Below are positions 53,979 to 64,000 of a stretch of 64,000 bases of DNA, piece after piece. Under the pieces are notes generated by a model. It searched no databases. It was not told where the DNA came from and saw nothing but the letters and a program-made list of their open reading frames with translations. The position numbers and the translations under genes are program-made. Position 1 is the stretch's first letter, and every line of letters starts with the position of its first letter. This DNA comes from the human T2T-CHM13v2.0 reference genome, Homo sapiens, in the NCBI RefSeq assembly GCF_009914755.1, contig NC_060936.1; one strand, given 5' to 3'.

Positions 53979-56039
53979 CAGTAGTTTTCAAACTTTTTGG
54001 TATCAAGGCCCCATTTACATTCTTAAAAATTATTAAAGCTCTCAAAGAGCTTTTGGTTATGTGGCTTTTATCTATCAGTTATGATTGTATCAGAAATTAA
54101 AGTTGAGACTTGAAAAGAATTATTGATTAATTTGTTTAAGTATGATAATTAGAAACCCACTACATGTTAACAGAAATACAATTTTTATGAAAAAATAGCT
54201 ACATTTTCAAAACCTATGTACAATTTTTATGAAAAAAACTGTTTTTCAAAACAAATTAGTGAGAAAACTGGTATTGTTTTATAGTTTTGAAAATGTATTT
54301 ACTGTCTAGTGTGGGGCTAGGTTCTGCAAACTACAGCCTATTGGACAAATTCAGACCACTGCTTGTTTTTATAAATATTTATTGGAATACAACCATGTTC
54401 ATTAACTTACACAGTATTTGTGGCAGCTTTCTCACTACAATGAAAGAGTTGCATATTTGTGACAAAGAGAGACTATATGGCAGGCAAATCCTAAAATATC
54501 AACTATTTGGACTTTCATGGAAAAGGTTTGCCCACTCCTATTCTAGTTTAAAAGAAGACAGCTGGAGTGTCATTTCTCCTTCTAATTCAATCTATTCTAA
54601 TGCATTGTTTGGGTTGAAGGATATGAAGAAAATCTGACCTAACTTAGGTAATATATTTGGAAAAAGGAAGAGTATTTTAATAGTCTTTTGAAATAATTTT
54701 GGATGTCCCCCTTTGATTTTGTACTTGAACTCCAAGTGGTAGTTTCTTGAAGGTCACTTGTAAAGTGCAATCTAAAGCTGTATCAGTAAACTTTTTGTAC
54801 TCAGTTATGTGAAAATCTATTGTCTATCCTGCACTTTAAATGGCTTTTTTACCCATTCATGATTTTGTAACATTATGCATTGGTCAATTAGAAAATATTA
54901 GTTCCCTGAATTATGCAGATTTTTCAAATGTTGACACATCTCATTATATAATATCAAAAAATCACATTTCCTAATATCACTACTGATCTCACCTGACAAT
55001 ATTGGGAAGCTGTCAAGCTTACAGAGGCAAATCTTCCAAAATTTTTGCTTGAAAGTTTAAATGTTATCACTGGCAACAAATACAGTCAGTTGTTTTCCTT
55101 AAAGTGACAAGGTCACTTGGTTATTTTCTTTCTTTTTTTTTTTTTTTTTTTTTTTTTTTGAGACGGAATCTCTCTCTGTCACCCAGCCTGGAGCGCAGTG
55201 GCGCGATCTCGGCTCACGGCAAGCTCCGCCTCCTGGGTTCCCGCCATTCTCCTGCCTCAGCCTCCCGAGTAGCTGGGACTACAGGCACCCGCCACCGCGC
55301 CCGGCTAATTTTTTTGTATTTTTAGTAGAGACAGGGTTTCACTATGTTAGCCAGGATGGTCTCAATCTCCTGACCTCGTGATCCACCCACCTCGGCCTCC
55401 CAAAGTGCTGGGATTACAGGCGTGAGCCACCGCACCCGGCCTACTTGGTTTATTTTCAAGAAAATGTCTGCCAAAAACCCAAGTTTGAATAAACCTAATT
55501 TTTCTGTTAGTTGATTTTCAGATAAAAAAATGTGTTTCATAAAGAAAGTCATCCAGCCTTCAATTCAAACAATGGCACAAGTGTCTTTCCTTGAGCCAAT
55601 CAAAGTATTTTACTTTGGACCAGAAGTACTTTATGAGAAGTTTCCATGTTTTTACACTGAACATTGTTAATAAATAGATGTGTAATAAAGGATCATCAGG
55701 AATGGTTACTCTCTCCTCAGAGGCATTCTTACATTTTCATTTTAAACTACGAGAACAATAGTTGGCATTTCATTTTAACTACAAGAGCAACAGTGGTGAA
55801 GCATATAATAACTTCTAATTGAGTTTAGTACCACTGTCTTTGATTTATGCTGAAGTGACAGCAATTTACCCACCATTGTTTTTGTATTTCAGTGCGATTG
55901 TCAACACAGTAAAAAAAGAAAAAAAAAAGGCAGATAATATCTTTGTATGATTATGAAAATGTAGTTTTGACCTCCAGGTTTCCATATAAGAGTCTTAGGG
56001 AACCCCATGGGACCACAGATCATACTTTGAGAACAGCTG
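53979..56039. mobile_element. Charlie1-family hAT transposon with nested MER58A-like (~54312-54540) and AluY-like (55121-55441, minus)
   Basis: Termini cagtagttttcaaa / tttgagaacagctg; 8-bp TSD ctataaac/ctctaaac. Confidence 0.8.
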
Positions 56040-57005
56040 CTCTAAACATTGAAGTGTCTGTCTCAGAATTTAGTTATTGGATCTTCTCAATTTGCTCTAA
56101 ATCCCTAGAAAATTCCATCTAGACTCATGGCTTTCAATCTTATTTCTATGCTCACAACTCTGAAGTTTATATCTCATATATAAATCAAGAATCATTGTCC
56201 TGCAGACTGGATGTCTATAGGTATTTCTAACTTAACATTCCTGAACAGAATCCCTGATGTTATTGTCCTCCCCCAGCTTACTAGTTTTGCCCTTTTTCTC
56301 ATGTCATCATCTGGCCAAAAAATCCTTGAGACTTCTTGATTCTCTTTCTTTCACCTCACATTAAATCTATCAACAAACTTTCTCATAATTTAGAACCCAG
56401 ATTCTGACCATTTCTCATCATCTGCACTGCTACTACCCGACTGCCACCATCATGTCTCAACTAGCTTACTGTATCACCTTGCTAAATTGTCTCCCTCCTT
56501 CTTTCTTTGGCTACCTATGTTGTTGTGGTTTTTTTTCCAACATAGCAACCAGAGTAATCTTCTTGAAAGGTCAGATCATGTCACTCTGGCTCGAAATATT
56601 CGAATGTCTTCCCATCTCACTCAAAATAAAAACCAAACTTCTTACAATGGTATATTAATTACCTATTGCTGCACAAAAATCAACCCCAAAACATAGTGCC
56701 TTGAAACATCATCCATTTTATTTGCTAATAATTTTATGGGCCAACGCAACTCGAGCTGGACTCAGATGAGATATTCTTCTATTGGTATTGCTGGGAATTA
56801 CTCATGTGACTGAAATCGTGAGGTAGCTTGACTGGGGCTAGATTTTCTGAAAAATGCAGTTACGTGCCTGGCGGTTAGTGCTGCTGTTGGTTGGGCCAAA
56901 TGACTCCAGCATGAAGCCTACTAGCTCAGGCTTTTTTATATGGCAACCTCAAGGGTGTAAGAGAGGGCAAAGCAAATCACAGTGCCAAGCCTGGAGTCAC
57001 TGTGG

Positions 57006-57961
57006 TGCTGCAGGATATTTTCTTGACCCCTTTGTAGGACTTGCGACAGAAGTGCCCCTTTAACTCAGCCCACCCTGCTCAACCCCTCACAGGTGGGAGA
57101 ACTTAGGTGCCGTAAGGAGCAAACTCCACTCTCTCGGGTCTACTGTGCTCCACTCCTCAGGGGAGGGAGTGCTCAAGTGAGCAAGTGTGGGAACCAGCAG
57201 GAGCAAACTCCATGCAGGCCCCACGGCAGCATCCAGGTTGGGGTGCCTATGACTCCAAGGCCCCAGAGGGTGTGTTACAATGCTCCCTTAGCTCTGCTGT
57301 CTGCAAACAGCAGTGTCACATGGGGCAGCTTCCCTCCACCAGTGAGGGCAAAGGGCCAGTATGACAGCTTTTTTTGGGTACCTGTGCTTAGTGCATCCCG
57401 AATTCTTTTCTGGTGCTCAAAAGGAATGAGGTCATACAGACGAACTGAAGCATGGTGAATGTGGAGAATTTTATTCAGTGATGAAAGCAACTCTCAGCGG
57501 AGAGGGGAGCTGGAAAGGGGATGGGAAGGGCAGGTTGCTCTCCCCTGAGGTTAAGTCACCTCTCTGTCTCAAGGGCAGGTTGCTCTCCCCTGAGGTTAAG
57601 TCACCTCTCTGTCTCTCTCTTCAGAAGTCAAATTGCCTCTTTCTGACATCCAGCTGCTTTCTCTGAGGTCAACTTGCTTCTTCCCAACATCCAGCCACTT
57701 CTCTCCTCTGCCAGCTGAGTCTGGAGTCTTTACAGACACAGGATGCGGTGGGGAAGGCCGTAGATAGCTTTGGAACAGGCAATATTTGATTGGTAGAAAG
57801 ACATTATTCAGAAAGAACCAATAGGGAGGGAAAGAGCAGGCACACAGGGATGCAAGTTCTCACTTTGGGTGCTGGGTTTCAGGCTTTTCACCTGGAAGGT
57901 GAGGTTTTGCCAGAGACCCGCCCCTGTCTGCCTAGAATTTCTCTTCCTCCAGCCTCTATCA
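57006..57961 (-). mobile_element. ERV1 solo LTR (MER52/LTR27/LTR28 group)
   Basis: Minus strand starts tgatagaggctggaggaagagaaattctaggcagacaggggcgggtc; internal 45-bp tandem duplication at 57526-57615. Confidence 0.75.
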
Positions 57962-58125
57962 TTGGATCAGTGGGAGGGGTCTAACAAAGTATGGACCAGT
58001 GATGTGCCAAAGGTGGGACCATGAGAGCAGCCTATCTTAAGAGCAGGCACTAAGCAGATGTATTGTCCATTGAGAATCTTGAAACAGTACTAAAACCTAC
58101 TAAAAATTACTTTGATTTTTATTAG

Positions 58126-58642
<517 letters not shown>

Positions 58643-59885
58643 ACATTTTTATTACTTTTTAAATAAACGTTTTATTCTACATGGTAGCTAATTCAGAGAA
58701 TTTCCAATTATATAGTTGCCTCCAACACACATAGACTCAGCTACCTGTGTTGGTTGCAAAATTACATTTTCAACATTTATGAATAATTTGAGCTCCCTTG
58801 GATCCTGTCTCCAATCCCCATAGCACTACCTATTCCTGAATTTATACAGTAGATTCTAAATTAGAAATCAGGCTGGGCACAGTGACTCATGCCTGTAATC
58901 CCAGCACTTTGGGAGGCTGAGGTAGGAGGATTGCTTGAGCCAAAGAGTCAAAGTTCAAATGGTTAGGCAGACAGAAAAGCCATTAAATAAGTCAATGTGC
59001 TTTTTAGTGTATATTTGCTCTTTATTTTTTACTGGCAGTATTGTATAAAAGTTGAATAGAAGAACATTTTTACTATATTTCTTTTCTGATCATTATTATG
59101 ATTCATTTTATTTTATGATTATTTCTGAGAATAATTTTTTCATGTCAAAGAGGGAGTTGTTAAAAATTATCTGCTTGGAAGATGAAAAAATTTCTGGAAA
59201 TAGATGCTGGTGATGGTTGCCAACAATGTAAATGTATTTAATGACACTGAATTGCACACTTAAAAGAGGCTAAAATGACAAATTGTATGCCATGTATATT
59301 TTACCACAATTTAAAAAAAACCTGCTTGGGCCACACTCCAGAGTATTAAATTGGAATATCTGGGGGTGGGACCTAAGTATCTTTTATATTTGTGATTTGT
59401 AAGTTTACTTTGAAAGTAGTAAAGAACAGAATAAGTACTAAGAAAATGGGATTTGTGATGGAGAGGGCAGATCTGAAAATTTTCTAAAAAAAGAAAAAGC
59501 CACAAAAACAGCTTAAAATAATGAGAAAGGAGATGATAAAGATGGAGAAGAGTAAAAAAAAATCAAATTTAATAAGTATAGGATTGCCTGAGGAGCAAAT
59601 GAGAACAATGGGAACAGAAACGAAAATGAAAGATGTAACTGAGGAAAATGTGGCTGAGAGAAAAAAAAAGAAAACAACCAATTTGAGCCTATAAATTAGA
59701 AAAGCTTGCTGTATTTTAGGCAAAGTCAGTAACAGGGGACTCATATCTTTATAGAGCCTAAAGAGAATGATGGTTTATTTTGCATTACCAATAAATTTTG
59801 GTTAAAAAAATTGTACTGTGGGTCAAATGTACTAGGTATACCACTGGTATGTATACAAGGTAGCATACTTCACTTGGAACGATTA

Positions 59886-60245
<360 letters not shown>

Positions 60246-60871
60246 TCACTTTAGCATCTTCCTGGATTTTTCATTTTAAATAAAATATGATTATCATTTT
60301 AAATAAAATATAATAATGCAATAGATGCATTTTAATAATCTGAGATGATTTTGGTAAGCCTTCACTTTATACTTCCAGCTTCTGTCACGGTGTCTTCTAG
60401 TAGTATGAGAGATGTAAGTGCACCAAACAGAGACTTCAGCTACGCGCATGTTAAATCTTAAATGTGATCAGGTTATCAGTCTTTCCCCAGCCCTTTCCAG
60501 ACATAAAATAACTTATGCTCCATTTTGAAGATACCCATTCAGGGAATCTGTGAATATAGAAAAGTTCACTTGGACATGAGCAGCAAGGATCAGCTGAAGT
60601 TGGTCTCAGGTGGCAGTGAGTGAAGTAATTAATTAACACAGCTGTTCCTTCCAGCCACTTAGTTTATCAGCCAGTTGTGCCATGACCTGTGCCTGGCATG
60701 TGTTTTAGCTTGCAAGATGCACATATCCACCAGTCTGCCAGTCCCTGGAGATGAGTGAGAAATATAATAAATTGTTGGTTGGAAGTACATTGGTTAGAAG
60801 TACATGAGATACATGCAGGGAATAAAGGTGGCACAGTCCTACTATAAAAGTATATTGAGAAGTCTGGGAAC

Positions 60872-61167
<296 letters not shown>

Positions 61168-61308
61168 AGGAATTTTTAGTACTATGTTTTGTCATTCATT
61201 GCACAATTCACATATAAAATGGCTTAGTTATACTATTGAGTGGTAATGCATTTTTATTTTATAATAAGCCTTTTTAGCAATAATGAGCTTAAAAATAATG
61301 TAAGCAAT

Positions 61309-61815
61309 TGTATTAGTCTGTTAAGGTTGCTGTAACAAAGTACCCACAATGTGGGTGGCTTAAAGAACATAAATTCATTGTCTCACAGTTCTGAAGGCTG
61401 GAAGTCCAAAATCAAGGTGTCAGTGGGATTGGTTCCTTCTGAGGGCTATGAAAGAGAATCTGTTCCATGCCTCTACCCTAGCTTCTGGTGAATTGCTGGC
61501 AAACTTTGGCATTCCATGGCTTGCAAAACTATCATCCCAATTCTCTGCCATTATTTTAACATGGCATTTCCCTTGTGTTCATGTCTGTGTCCAAATTTCT
61601 CCCTTTTTGTAAGGACACCGTCACATAATTACTTTTTGTAAGGACACGGTCACATTGGATTAGAGGGGCACTCTACTCCAGTATTACCTCATCTTAACTA
61701 ATTAAGCCTAAAATGACCCTATTCCCAAATAAGATCATATTCTGCAATACTGGTGCTAGGACTTTAATATACAAATTTGTTGGGGTGGGGTGGGGCACAA
61801 TTTGACCCATAACAT
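61309..61815 (-). mobile_element. MaLR LTR (MLT1C-like)
   Basis: tgtattagtctgttaaggttgctgtaacaaagtacc...cacaatttgacccataaca. Confidence 0.85.
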
Positions 61816-62409
61816 ATGTGTTTAATGAAAAAATTACTGCGTTTCCATTTCTTAAGAACATTAATGATGGACGTGTTATTTGAACAGCATGTTTGCCACT
61901 ATTTACATCCACCATAGGGACCATAGTAATATCACTGACTACTGAAAATCCAAAATAAACAAATCAGTTAAAGAAACATTGGCTTCTACTTTAAAAGTGA
62001 ATACTTAATTTTAAAAGACTGTACCCAGAGACAAAAATTTAAAATATGAAGATGTATAAAGCCTATTTACATATCACTTTGTGAAGCACACCTTTGGATT
62101 AGATCAATGTTTCAATTAATTTTGCCCATTTTTATTGAAACTTCTTTTGTGCACTTATGAAAAGTGAAGCATTAAGGTGTTGGCTCCATTAGCAGAAGGA
62201 AAGGCTTTGCAAACAGTTAAATGGTGGCTGTTTTTTTTTCCAGTGTTATCAGATACTTAAAATAGAATATCAGTTAATTTCAGTAATAGAGTTTCTTCAT
62301 CCAATTTTTAGAATCAAAACAAATCTTTTGGAAGGCCATTATTCTGCCTAAAGTGAAATATCTAACATTATTGTAAAGGCTTTTGTAAATTCCGTTTAAA
62401 AATCTTTCA

Positions 62410-63927
<1,518 letters not shown>

Positions 63928-64000
63928 TGAGAACACAACTCTGAAATACCTAAGAATGACTGGAAACAAGATTAAAAATAAGAGTGGAATATTTTTTGCT

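Overview
Primate (human or great-ape-like) genomic DNA, AT-rich and Alu-rich. The left half (1 to ~34,000) holds the 5' part of C2CD5 (KIAA0528/CDP138) on the minus strand: a CpG-island promoter (~33.2-34.3 kb), a non-coding exon 1, and coding exons 2-9. These splice at GT-AG sites into one open frame (MPGKLKVKIVAG...QSALEQR, 346 codons: C2 domain, Akt site RQRLIS197, YbjQ-like segment, Ser/Pro-rich linker). The gene continues past the left edge. The right half (~34.3-64 kb) has no recognisable cellular gene and is mostly Alu, L1, L2, MIR, MaLR/ERV LTRs and Charlie DNA transposons. The most interesting signals: (1) an ~11-kb nearly transposon-free zone around exons 7-9 with candidate cassette exons and microexons (13, 33, 40, 125, 192 nt) whose phases complement each other, two of them stop-free in all three frames, suggesting combinatorial reading-frame switching; (2) a 5' UTR in which uORF1's stop overlaps the start of uORF2 (AUGA), uORF2 overlaps the main AUG, and retention of intron 1 would remove that overlap; (3) several local templated insertions and duplications. 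All exon calls were read by eye. Repeat subfamily names are from memory of consensus sequences and are approximate. Some alternative exons may already be annotated, which I could not check.
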